From Nemertoderma westbladi (Eukaryota > Animalia > Xenacoelomorpha): a stretch of DNA of 55,792 bases. The DNA is taken from positions 1 through 55,792 of the forward strand of contig JAUCBJ010004827.1 of assembly GCA_032718475.1 (NCBI GenBank), given 5' to 3'. Position numbers and translations under genes: made by a program. Below are positions 36,179 to 48,885 of this stretch, piece after piece (positions within the stretch are counted from its first letter, which is position 1; each line of letters opens with the position of its first letter). Below the pieces are notes generated by a model that worked only from the letters and a program-made list of their open reading frames with translations, ran no database searches and was not told where the DNA came from.

Positions 36179-39100
36179 GTAAGTCGGGGAGAACAATATA
36201 TACAGTTGGTAAGTCAGGGAGGCCAATATCTACAGTTGGTAAGTCGGGGAGGCCAATATCTACAGCTGGTAAGTCGGGGGGCCAATGTCTACAGTTGGTA
36301 AGTCAGGGAGGCCAATATCTACAGTTTGTAAGTCGGGGAGGCCAATATCTACAGTTGGTTAGTCGGGGAGGCCAATATCTACAGTTGGTAATGGTAAGTC
36401 AGGGAGGCCAATATCTACAGTTGGTTAGTCGGGGAGGCCAATATCTACAGTTGGTAATGGTAAGCCAGGGAGGCCAATATATACAGTTGGTAAGTCGGGA
36501 GGACAATATCTACAGTTGGTAAGTCAGGGAGGCCAATATATACAGTTGGTAAGTCGGGGAGAACAATATATACAGTTGGTAAGTCAGGGAGGCCAATATC
36601 TACAGTTAGTAAGTCGGGGAGGACAATATATACAGTTGGTAAGTCAGGGAGGCCAATATCTACAGTTGGTAAGTCGGGGAGGCCAATATCTACAGCTGGT
36701 AAGTCGGGGGGCCAATGTCTACAGTTGGTAAGTCAGGGAGGCCAATATCTACAGTTTGTAAGTCGGGGAGGCCAATATCTACAGTTGGTTAGTCGGGGAG
36801 GCCAATATCTACAGTTGGTAATGGTAAGTCAGGGAGGCCAATATCTACAGTTGGTTAGTCGGGGAGGCCAATATCTACAGTTGGTAATGGTAAGCCAGGG
36901 AGGCCAATATATACAGTTGGTAAGTCGGGAGGACAATATCTACAGTTGGTAAGTCAGGGAGGCCAATATCTACAGTTGGTAAGTCGGGGAGGCCAATATA
37001 TACAGTTGGTAAGTCGGGAGGACAATATATACAGTTGGTAAGTCGTGGAGGACAATATCTACAGTTGGTTAGTCGGGGAGGCCAATATCTACAGCTTGTA
37101 AGTCGGGGAGGCCAATATCTACAGTTGGTAAGTCAGTGAGGCCAATATATACAGTTGGTAAGACGGGGAGGATAATATATACAGTTGGTAAGTCGGGGAG
37201 GACAATATATACATTTGGTAAGTCGGGAGGCCAATATCTACAGTTGGTAAGTCGGGAGGACAATATATACAGTTGGTAAGTCGGGAGGCCAATATCTACA
37301 GTTGGTAAGTCGGGGAGGCCAATATCTACAGCTGGTAAGTCGGGGGGCCAATATCTACAGCTGGTAAGTCGGGGAGGCCAATATCTACAGTTGGTAAGTC
37401 GGGAGGACAATATATACAGTTGGTAAGTCGGGAGGACAATATATACAGTTGGTAAGTCGGGAGGACAATATCTACAGTTGGTAAGTCCGGGAGATAAATA
37501 TCTACAGCTTGTAAGTCGGGGAGGCCAATATCTACAGTTGGTAAGTCAGTGAGGCCAATATATACAGTTGGTAAGACGGGGAGGATAATATATACAGTTG
37601 GTAAGTCGGGGGGCCAATATCTACAGCTGGTAAGTCGGGGAGGCCAATATCTACAGTTGGTAAGTCGGGAGGACAATATCTACAGTTGGTAAGTCCGGGA
37701 GATAAATATCTACAGCTTGTAAGTCGGGGAGGCCAATATCTACAGTTGGTAAGTCAGTGAGGCCAATATATACAGTTGGTAAGACGGGGAGGATAATATA
37801 TACAGTTGGTAAGTCGGGAGGCCAATATCTACAGTTGGTAAGTCGGGAGGACAATATATACAGCTTGTAAGTCGGGGAGGCCAATATCTACAGTTGGTAA
37901 GTCCGGGAGATAAATATCTACAGCTTGTAAGTCGGGGAGGCCAATATCTACAGTTGGTAAGTCAGTGAGGCCAATATATACAGTTGGTAAGACGGGGAGG
38001 ATAATATATACAGTTGGTAAGTCGGTAGGCCAATATCTACAGTTGGTAAGTCGGGAGGACAATATATACAGTTGGTAAGTCGGGAGGACAATATCTACAG
38101 TTGGTAAGTCGGGGAGGCCAATATCTACAGCTGGTAAGTCGGGGGGGGGGCAATATCTACAGCTGGTTAGTCGGGGAGGCCAATATCTACAGTTGGTAAG
38201 TCGGGAGGCCAATATCTACAGTTGGTAAGTCGGGGAGGCCAATATCTACAGTTGGTAAGTCGGGAGGCCAATATCTACAGTTGGTAAGTCGGGGAGGCCA
38301 ATGTCTACAGTTGGTAAGTCGGGAGGACAATATATACAGTTGGTAAGTCGGGGAGGACAATATATACAGTTGGTAAGTCAGGGAGGCCAATATCTACAGT
38401 TGGTAAGTCGGAGAGGCCAATATCTACAGCTGGTAAGTCGGGGGGCCAATGTCTACAGTTGGTAAGTCGGGAGGACAATATATACAGTTGGTAAGTCGGG
38501 AGGACAATATCTACAGTTGGTAAGTCCGGGAGATAAATATCTACAGCTTGTAAGTCGGGGAGGCCAATATCTACAGTTTGTAAGTCAGGGAGGCCAATAT
38601 CTACAGTTGGTAAGTCGGAGAGGCCAATATCTACAGCTGGTAAGTCGGGGGGCCAATGTCTACAGTTGGTAAGTCGGGAGGACAATATCTACAGTTTGTA
38701 AGTCCGGGAGATAAATATCTACAGCTTGTAAGTCGGGGAGGCCAATATCTACAGTTGGTAAGTCAGTGAGGCCAATATATACAGTTGGTAAGTCGGGAGG
38801 ACAATATCTACAGTTGGTAAGTCCGGGAGATAAATATCTACAGCTTGTAAGTCGGGGAGGCCAATATCTACAGTTGGTAAGTCAGTGAGGCCAATATATA
38901 CAATTGGTAAGACGGGGAGGATAATATATACAGTTGGTAAGTCGGGAGGCCAATATCTACAGTTGGTAAGTCGGGAGGACAATATATACAGTTGGTAAGT
39001 CGGGAGGACAATATCTACAGTTGGTAAGTCGGGGAGGCCAATATCTACAGTTGGTAAGTCAGTGAGGCCAATATATACAATTGGTAAGACGGGGAGGATA

Positions 39101-41780
39101 ATATATACAGTTGGTAAGTCGGGAGGCCAATATCTACAGTTGGTTAGTCGGGAGGACAATATCTACAGCTGGTAAGCCGGGAGGACAATATATACAGTTG
39201 GTAAGTCAGTGAGGCCAATATATACAATTGGTAAGACGGGGAGGATAATATATACAGTTGGTAAGTCGGGAGGCCAATATCTACAGTTGGTAAGTCGGGA
39301 GGACAATATATACAGTTGGTAAGCCGGGAGGCCAATATATACAATTGGTAAGACGGGGAGGATAATATATACAGTTGGTAAGTCGGGAGGCCAATATCTA
39401 CAGTTGGTTAGTCGGGAGGACAATATCTACAGCTGGTAAGCCGGGAGGACAATATATACAGTTGGTAAGTCAGTGAGGCCAATATATACAATTGGTAAGA
39501 CGGGGAGGATAATATATACAGTTGGTAAGTCGGGAGGCCAATATCTACAGTTGGTAAGTCGGGAGGACAATATATACAGTTGGTAAGCCGGGAGGACAAT
39601 ATATACAATTGGTAAGACGGGGAGGATAATATATACAGTTGGTAAGTCGGGAGGCCAATATCTACAGTTGGTAAGTCGGGAGGACAATATATACAGTTGG
39701 TAAGCCGGGAGGACAATATATACAGTTGGTAAGTCAGTGAGGCCAATATATACAGTTGGTAAGACGGGGAGGATAATATATACAGTTGGTAAGTCGGGAG
39801 GCCAATATCTACAGTTGGTAAGTCGGGAGGACAATATATACAGTTGGTAAGCCGGGAGGACAATATATACAGTTGGTAAGTCAGTGAGGCCAATATATAC
39901 AGTTGGTAAGTCGGGGAGGATAATATATACAGTTGGTAAGTCGGGAGGCCAATATCTACAGTTGGTAAGTCGGGAGGACAATATATACAGTTGGTAAGCC
40001 GGGAGGACAATATATACAGTTGGTAAGTCGGGAGGACAATATATACAGTTGGTAAGTCAGTGAGGTCAATATATACAATTGGTAAGACGGGGAGGATAAT
40101 ATATACAGTTGGTAAGTCGGGAGGCCAATATCTACAGTTGGTAAGTCGGGAGGACAATATATACAGTTGGTAAGCCGGGAGGACAATATATACAGTTGGT
40201 AAGTCAGTGAGGCCAATATATACAGTTGGTAAGACGGGGAGGATAATATATACAGTTGGTAAGTCGGAAGGCCAATATCTACAGTTGGTAAGTCGGGAGG
40301 ACAATATATACAGTTGGTAAGCCGGGAGGACAATATATACAGTTGGTAAGTCGGGAGGCCAATATCTACAGTTGGTAAGACGGGGAGGATAATATATACA
40401 GTTGGTAAGTCGGGAGGCCAATATCTACAGTTGGTAAGACGGGGAGGATAATATATACAGTTGGTAAGTCGGGAGGCCAATATCTACAGTTGGTAAGTCG
40501 GGAGGACAATATATACAGTTGGTAAGTCGGGAGGACAATATATACAGTTGGTAAGTCGGGGAGGCCAATATCTACAGTTGGTAAGACGGGGAGGATAATA
40601 TATACAGTTGGTAAGTCGGGAGGCCAATATCTACAATTGGTAAGTCGGGAGGACAATATATACAGTTGGTAAGACGGGGAGGATAATATATACAGTTGGT
40701 AAGTCGGGAGGCCAATATCTACAGTTGGTAAGTCGGGAGGACAATATATACAGTTGGTAAGTCGGGAGGACAATATATACAGTTGGTAAGTCAGGGAGGC
40801 CAATATATACAGTTGGTAAGTCAGTGAGGCCAATATATACAATTGGTAAGACGGGGAGGATAATATATACAGTTGGTAAGTCGGGAGGCCAATATCTACA
40901 GTTGGTAAGTCGGGAGGACAATATATACAGTTGGTAAGCCGGGAGGACAATATCTACAGTTGGTAAGTCAGTGAGGCCAATATATACAATTGGTAAGACG
41001 GGGAGGATAATATATACAGTTGGTAAGTCGGGAGGCCAATATCTACAGTTGGTAAGTCGGGAGGACAATATATACAGTTGGTAAGCCGGGAGGACAATAT
41101 ATACAGTTGGTAAGTCAGTGAGGCCAATATATACAGTTGGTAAGACGGGGAGGATAATATATACAGTTGGTAAGTCGGGAGGCCAATATCTACAGTTGGT
41201 AAGTCGGGAGGACAATATATACAGTTGGTAAGTCGGGAGGACAATATATACAGTTGGTAAGTCAGGGAGGCCAATATATACAGTTGGTAAGTCGGGGAGG
41301 CCAATATCTACAGTTGGTAAGTCGGGGGGCCAATGTCTACAGTTGGTAAGTCAGGGAGGCCAATATCTACAGTTGGTAAGTCGGGGAGGCCAATATCTAC
41401 AGCTTGTAAGTCGGGGAGGCCAATATCTACAGTTGGTAAGTCAGTGAGGCCAATATATACAGTTGGTAAGACGGGGAGGATAATATATACAGTTGGTAAG
41501 TCGGGGAGGACAATATATACAGTTGGTAAGTCGGGAGGACAATATCTACAGTTGGTAAGTCGGGGAGGCCAATATCTACAGCTTGTAAGTCGGGGAGGCC
41601 AATATCTACAGTTGGTAAGTCAGTGAGGCCAATATATACAGTTGGTAAGACGGGGAGGATAATATATACAGTTGGTAAGTCGGGGAGGACAATATATACA
41701 GTTGGTAAGTCAGGGAGGCCAATATCTACAGTTGGTAAGTCGGGGAGGCCAATATCTACAGTTGGTAAGTCGGGGAGGGC
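36156..41780 (+). repeat. 29-30-bp minisatellite block A, ~190 copies, derived from the exon 7 / intron 7 junction
   Basis: Unit GGGGAGGCCAATATMTACAGTTG|GTAAGTC corresponds to the last 23 nt of exon 7 (one mismatch) plus 7 nt of intron. Confidence 0.98.
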
Positions 41781-42461
41781 AATTTGTTTCCGAAAGTCAA
41801 CTTCAGCTTGCTGTTGATGTTGACAAGGTTTTAACAGAGAATGACGGGCATATGCCGATTTTAATTTTGATTATATATTTATTTTGACAAAACCACAAAC
41901 TAAATCTACCATAAAAATGTAGCAGTGGTGGGAACTTTAATATATTTATGTTCTGAAAGGGAGATATATTATAATTGACCCAAAACCCGCCTTGAATGAA
42001 TCAACATTGTTGAATTTGAATTTAGGTTTGCAGCGGCAGTCTATTCTAACCAAAACAATAAAGGAAAGTCTATTACACGGTTACAGTTTCATTTTTGCTC
42101 AGTAATCAGCTGTTATTTGCATCCGTTTTCCCCTGGATATGGTTGAATTTTGATTGTGTCTTAAAGCATTTTTGTTATTTATATAAATGTAGCCACGACC
42201 GGAAATCCGTAACTAACTATTTACAACCGTTTGATAAACCCCTATCAATGACCATCAATCGGCCGAGCCAACCATCTCTGATAACGAGGCAAAAAAGGTG
42301 AAAATTTCGTAATTTGTTTTTAAACTGTTCTTATTTCATTGATATTTTAATTTATAATAATTATATTGCCATTGTCGTTGTTCTTTCTAAGTTTTTCCCT
42401 TTTTTCGAACCGTATCATATCCTTTTTTTCCTTTTTTTTTTTTAAAATCGAAATTTCTAGT

Positions 42462-44003
42462 AGGCCAATATATACAGTTGGTAAGTCGGGGAGGCCAATA
42501 TCCACAGTTGGTAAGTCGGGGAGGACAATATATACAGTTGGTAAGTCGTGGAGGCAAATATCTACAGTTGGTAAGTCGGGGAGGCCAGCATCTACAGTTG
42601 GTAAGTCCGGGAGATAAATATCTACAGTTGGTAAGTCGGGGAGGCAAATATCTACAGTTGGTAAGTCCGGGAGATAAATATCTACAGTTGGTAAGTCCGG
42701 GAGATAAATATCTACAGTTGGTAAGTCGGGGAGACAATATCTACAGTTGGTAAGTCCGGGAGATAAATATCTACAGTTGGTAAGTCGGGGAGATAAATAT
42801 CTACAGTTGGTAAGTCCGGGAGATAAATATCTACAGTTGGTAAGTCGGGGAGATAATATCTACAGTTGGTAAGTCCGGGAGATAAATATCTACAGTTGGT
42901 AAGTCGGGGAGATAATATCTACAGTTGGTAAGACGGGGAGGACAATATCTACAGTTGGTAAGTCGGGGAGGCAAATATCTACAGTTGGTAAGTCGGGGAG
43001 ATAAATATCTACAGTTGGTAAGTCGGGGAGATAATATCTACAGTTGGTAAGTCCGGGAGATAAATATCTACAGTTGGTAAGTCGGGGAGATAATATCTAC
43101 AGTTGGTAAGACGGGGAGGACAATATCTACAGTTGGTAAGTCCGGGAGATAAATATCTACAGTTGGTAAGTCCGGGAGATAAATATCTACAGTTGGTAAG
43201 TCCGGGAGATAAATATCTACAGTTGGTAAGTCCGGGAGATAAATATCTACAGTTGGTAAGTCGGGGAGATAATATCTACAGTTGGTAAGACGGGGAGGAC
43301 AATATCTACAGTTGGTAAGTCGGGGAGATAAATATCTACAGTTGGTAAGTCGGGGAGATAAATATCTACAGTTGGTAAGACGGGGAGGACAATATCTACA
43401 GTTGGTAAGTCGGGGAGGCAAATATCTACAGTTGGTAAGTCCGGGAGATAAATATCTACAGTTGGTAAGTCGGGGAGATAATATCTACAGTTGGTAAGTC
43501 CGGGAGATAAATATCTACAGTTGGTAAGTCGGGGAGATAATATCTACAGTTGGTAAGACGGGGAGGACAATATCTACAATTGGTAAGTCGGGGAGGACAA
43601 TATCTACCTACAGTTGGTAAGCCGGGGAGGACAATATCTACAGTTGGTAAGTCGGGGAGGCCAATATCTACAGTTGGTAAGTCGGGGAGGACAATATATA
43701 CAGTTGGTAAGTCGGGGAGGACAATATATACAGTTGGTAAGTCGGGAGGCCAGCATCTACAGTTGGTAAGTCCGGGAGATAAATATCTACAGTTGGTAAG
43801 TCGGGGAGGCAAATATCTACAGTTGGTAAGTCCGGGAGGCAAATATCTACAGTTGGTAAGTCCGGGAGATAAATATCTACAGTTGGTAAGTCCGGGAGAT
43901 AAATATCTACAGTTGGTAAGTCGGGGAGATAATATCTACAGTTGGTAAGTCCGGGAGATAAATATCTACAGTTGGTAAGACGGGGAGGACATTATCTACA
44001 GTT
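42462..44003 (+). repeat. 29-30-bp minisatellite block B, ~52 copies, same family as block A
   Basis: Same ATATCTACAGTTGGTAAG core, dominated by the GGGAGATAAAT variant. Ends ~75 nt before exon 8. Confidence 0.97.
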
Positions 44004-44077
44004 AATGAATCATTGAATGAGAATGATTGAATTAGTTCAGCGAATGCAGTTTTAATATATTTATTTATATATTTCAG

Positions 44078-44210
44078 TGAATGGTGCGATTATGGGAAAA
44101 TATTTCGTCTAGATGGCCGGTTATATAGTTCAGCGCTGACGTTTTTCACGCATATAACGCAAGATGTTTCTAAACAACCCCTATGGAATCCTAATGTAAA
44201 GTCTGCCCGG
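44078..44210 (+). CDS. STARD3: STARD3/MLN64-like exon 8 (START domain; gene incomplete in window)
   Basis: tttcag| (C)EWCDYGKIFRLDGRLYSSALTFFTHITQDVSKQPLWNPNVKSAR |gtaagt. Matches HGKTF...LWNKTV. Phase 2/0. Confidence 0.88.
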
Positions 44211-44274
44211 GTAAGTTAAGTAACTTAATATGGTTTAGTATTAAGGTAAAAGATACTAAAACCCCACCGAATTG

Positions 44275-46564
44275 CTGACCGTGAGATCTGTGGGCGCTAT
44301 GTTGCTTGGTCAGCCGCACTGTGTGTGGCTGACCGTGAGATCTGTGGGCGCTATGTTGCTGGGTCCGCCGACACTGTGTGTGGCTGACCGTGAGATCTGT
44401 GGGCGCTATGTTGCTGGGTCCGCCGGCACTGTGTGTGGCTGACGTGAGATCTGTGGGCGCTATGTTGCTTGGTCAGCCGCACTGTGTGTGGCTGACCGTG
44501 AGATCTGTGGGCGCTATGTTGCTGGGTCCGCCGACACTGTGTGTGGCTGACCGTGAGATCTGTGGGCGCTATGTTGCTGGGTCCGCCGGCACTGTGTGTG
44601 GCTGACGTGAGATCTGTGGGCGCTATGTTGCTTGGTCAGCCGCACTGTGTGTGGCTGACCGTGAGATCTGTGGGCGCTATGTTGCTGGGTCCGCCGACAC
44701 TGTGTGTGGCTGACCGTGAGATCTGTGGGCGCTATGTTGCTGGGAACGCCGACACTGTGTGTGGCTGACGTGAGATCTGGGGTCGCTATGTTACTGGGTC
44801 CGCCGGCACTTTGTGTGGCTGAACGTGAGATCTGTGGGCGCTATGTTGCTTGGTCAGCCGCACTGTGTGTGGCTGACCGTGAGATCTGGGGTCGCTATGT
44901 TGCAGGGTCTGCCGGCACTGTGTGAAGCTGACGTGAGATCTGTGGGCGCTATGTTGCAGGGTGCGCCGGCACTGTGTGTGGCTGACCGTGAGATCTGTGG
45001 GCGCTATGTTGCTGGGTCTGCCGCACTGTGTGTGGCTGACCGTGAGATCTGTGGGCGCTATGTTGCAGGGTCTGCCGGCACTGTGTGAGGCTGACGTGAG
45101 ATCTGTGGGCGCTATGTTGCAGGGTGCGCCGGCACTGTGTGTGGCTGACCGTGAGATCTGTGGGCGCTATGTTGCTGGGTCCGCCGGCACTGTGTGTGGC
45201 TGACCGTGAGATCTGTGGGCGCTATGTTGCTGGGTCCGCCGGCACTGTGTGTGGCTGACCGTCAGATTTGTGGGCGCTATGTTGCTGGGTCTGCCGGCAC
45301 TGTGTGTGGCTGACGTGAGATCTGTGGGCGCTATGTTGCTGGGTGCGCAGGCACTGTGTGTGGCTGACAGTCAGATCTGGGGGCGCTATGTTGCTGGGTC
45401 TGCCGGCACTGTGTGTGGCTGACCGTGAGATCTGTGGGCGCTATGTTGCTGGGTCTGCCGGCACTGTGTGTGGCTGACGTGAGATCTGTGGGCGCTATGT
45501 TGCTGGGTGCGCAGGCACTGTGTGTGGCTGACAGTCAGATCTGGGGGCGCTATGTTGCTGGGTCTGCCGGCACTGTGTGTGGCTGACCGTGAGATCTGGG
45601 GTCGCTATGTTGCTGGGTGCGCCGCACTGTGTGTGGCTGACGTGAGATCTGTGGGCGCTATGTTACTAGGTGCGCAGGCACTGGGTGTGGCTGACGTGAG
45701 ATCTGGGGTCGCTATGTTGCTGGTTCCGCCGGCATTGTGTATGGCTGACCGTGAGATCTGGGGTCGCTATGTTGCTGGGTCCGCCGGCACTTTGTGTGGC
45801 TGTCCGTGAGATCTGGGGTCGCTAATGTTGCTGGGTCCGCCGGCATTGTGTATGGCTGACCGTGAGATCTGGGGTCGCTATGTTGCTGGGTCCGCCGGCA
45901 TTGTGTATGGCTGACCGTGAGATCTAGGGTCGCTATGTTGCTGGGTCCGCCGGCACTGTGTGTGGCTGACCGTGAGATCTGGGGTCGCTATGTTGCTGGG
46001 TCCGCCGGCACTGTGTATGGCTGACCGTGAGATCTGGGGTCGCTATGTTGCTGGGTCCGCCGGCACTGTGTGTGGCTGACGTGAGATCTGGGGTCGCTAT
46101 GTTGCTGGGTCCGCCGGCACTGTGTGTGGCTGACCGTGAGATCTGGGGTCGCTTTGTTGCTGGGTCCGCCGGCACTGTGTGTGGCTGACCGTGAGATCTG
46201 GGGTCGCTATGTTGCTGGGTCCGCCGGCACTGTGTGTGGCTGACCGTGAGATCTGGGGTCGCTATGTTGCTGGGTCCGCCGGCATTGTGTATGGCTGACC
46301 GTGAGATCTGGGGTCGCTATGTTGCTGGGTCCGCCGGCACTGTGTGTGGCTGACCGTGAGATCTGGGGTCGCTATGTTGCTGGGTCCGCCGGCACTGTGT
46401 GTGGCTGACCGTGAGATCTGGGGTCGCTATGTTGCTGGGTCCGCCGGCACTTTGTGTGGCTGACCGTGAGATCTGGGGTCGCTATGTTGCTGGGTCCGCC
46501 GGCACTGTGTGTGGCTGACCGTGAGATCCGGGGGCGCTATGTTGCTGGGTCCGCCGTCACTGTG
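44275..46564. repeat. 54-55-bp GC-rich minisatellite, ~42 copies
   Basis: Unit GCTGACCGTGAGATCTGTGGGCGCTATGTTGCTGGGTCCGCCGGCACTGTGTGTG. Confidence 0.97.
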
Positions 46565-47205
46565 TCTAAGTCCTTCACGTGTAACGCCATCACTAACTTA
46601 ATATCTAAGTCCTTCACGTGTAACTAAGTCCTTCACATGTAACGCCATCACTAACTTAATATCTAAGTCCTTCACGTGTAACGACATCACTAACTTAATC
46701 TTTTAAGTCCTTCACGTGTAACGCCATCACTAACTTAATATCTAAGTCCTTCACGTGTAACGACATCACTAACTTAATCTTTTAAGTCCTTCACGTGTAA
46801 CGCCATCACTAACTTAATATCTAAGTCCTTCACGTGTAACGACATCACTAACTTAATCTTTTAAGTCCTTCACGTGTAACGCCATCACTAACTTAATATC
46901 TAAGTCCTTCACGTGTAACGCCATCACTAACTTAATATCTAAGTCCTTCACGTGTAATAAGTCCTTCACATGTAACGCCATCACTAACTTAATCTCTAAG
47001 TCCTTCACGTGTAACGCCATCACTAACTTAATATCTAAGTCCTTCACGTGTAACGCCATCACTAACTTAATCTTTAAGTCCTTCACGTGTAACTAAGTCC
47101 TTCACATGTAACGCCATCACTAACTTAATATCTAAGTCCTTCACGTGTAACGCCATCACTAACTTAATCTCTAAGTCCTTCACGTGTAACGCCATCACTA
47201 ACTTC
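46565..47205. repeat. 39-bp minisatellite, ~17 copies
   Basis: Unit TCTAAGTCCTTCACGTGTAACGCCATCACTAACTTAATA with a few short internal units. Directly abuts the 55-bp array. Confidence 0.96.
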
Positions 47206-47497
47206 AATCGAGAAGTTCTTACCAGACACAACACGCTTAATTCCGTTTGACAATTGTAATTGCATGACGATTAAGAAGTACTGTTTTAGAATAGCAAATA
47301 AAGAAAGGTAAACTCATGAGCTTTTCATAAACCCTTTAGGTAGTACTAGGTAATACAGACTACAGATACAATATTACTACAGTAGTTTATACTAAATACT
47401 GTAATACAGAAACCATCGACTATTGTTAATTTGACCCTGACTGCCTGATTTGTAAAAAGAAACTCCACTCTTATTGCTAGGTATTTTCAGGCCCAAC

Positions 47498-47930
47498 TGC
47501 GTTACATGGTGGACATGTCTCAAGTGTAACGCTATTGATTGTGACAACGTTACATGATGGACATTGAAGACATTTTTCATTAGCATGGCGCTGGCTATAG
47601 TCTGTTTTGCAACTATATTAAAATCTAATATGTGATTCGATAGATCTGCGATTGGTCTTTCATATGAGCCCTCAATTGTGTCGATATGATTACTAAGGCA
47701 AACGTTATCGCTATTCAAAGTAGCGTTACATTGAGGACATTCCTAATGGCGGTATTTTTTGTAGATTTACGTTTTCGCACAATGCTCGAGTTCTAATTAT
47801 CGAATTCGTACAATTTTTCTACCTGCTGATAGCTAAATAAATCGCCGTTTAGAAATATCTCACTTGGAGATGTTGTGAATAAATAAAAAAAACCATGTCA
47901 TGAAAACGAGCGTTACATGGTGGACAAAAT
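47498..47930. repeat. dispersed GCGTTACATGGTGGACA-like motifs, possibly subterminal repeats of a decayed DNA transposon
   Basis: Motif variants at ~47499, 47549, 47723 and 47910, plus an inverted partial copy at ~47521. Confidence 0.45.
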
Positions 47931-48885
47931 CGTAATGACGGCGTAACTAATTGTTAGTAAATAGTAAATATATAAAATGTGAGTATAGCTTCGGTTGAAA
48001 ACCACCAATACCATATGAAAGAGCATTAAATTTGTTTTATTTTGTTGTATGGTATGTGGAACCTTTGCTCTCATTACTTTAGCTCAGAAGCCAAATATTT
48101 AAAAATAATTCAATGTGACATTTTAAAAAACATGCATTTTCGATATTTGAAATGGTGTCATTCTCTAGGTTGAAAATTTTCTGAAATATGATCAGATTTC
48201 CGCTCTTCCGATTGGTATATAGGTTCATGGGGTTAAAGCTGTGTCGTTTGGAAATATAACCGTGCGAATGCATGGCCATTTTAACATTTTGTTTAATAAT
48301 AAGAGTTGCCTTTTTTTCATAATTAAATACATATTTTACAGTTTTTAACATTATTGTGCTATTGTATATTTTACTATCGGTTGATATATGCCCTAATGAT
48401 AAATAAAATTATTTTTGTATCTCATGCCTTACATACTGGCGTATTATAGTCCATATAGTGTTTTAATGTTAATTAATCAACTCACTTTTAAAGTGAACAC
48501 TAAAAAAATAAATGTAAGTGTTACCTGTTAGTTTAGACCGAAAATTATCGGTGAAATTGAAAATTAATTTTATATTCGGAATCTTAAGAATAAAATAAGT
48601 TCTCCAATTGAAATGTAATTTACATCTTTAAACAATGTCAGTAAATACAGTAATTAACCAAGAACTAGTATGTATGTAATGTAACATTTATAATTATAAT
48701 GTTCCAATTATATAATATTTAGGCCTACCTTCAATAGAAATGTCAATTTTACATTTCAAGTAGAACACATTATTTAAGTGTAATAGCGCCATTAAAGATA
48801 ACAGAATTACTACACATAAACAGGACGGCTATAAAGTAAAGTAAAACGTCCAGCTTTATATTTAACTAAATTCTAACATTAACTA

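Noticed and set aside
36118-43948. Many repetitive ORFs on both strands (LPTVDIG, QYLQLVS)
   Set aside because: Minisatellite translations with frequent frameshifts. The real exon 7 uses a different frame.
44200-44330. 55-bp array as a copy of the exon 8 junction
   Set aside because: Only a short GTCTGCC(C)GG resemblance in a minority variant. The array starts ~65 nt downstream and lacks GTAAGT.
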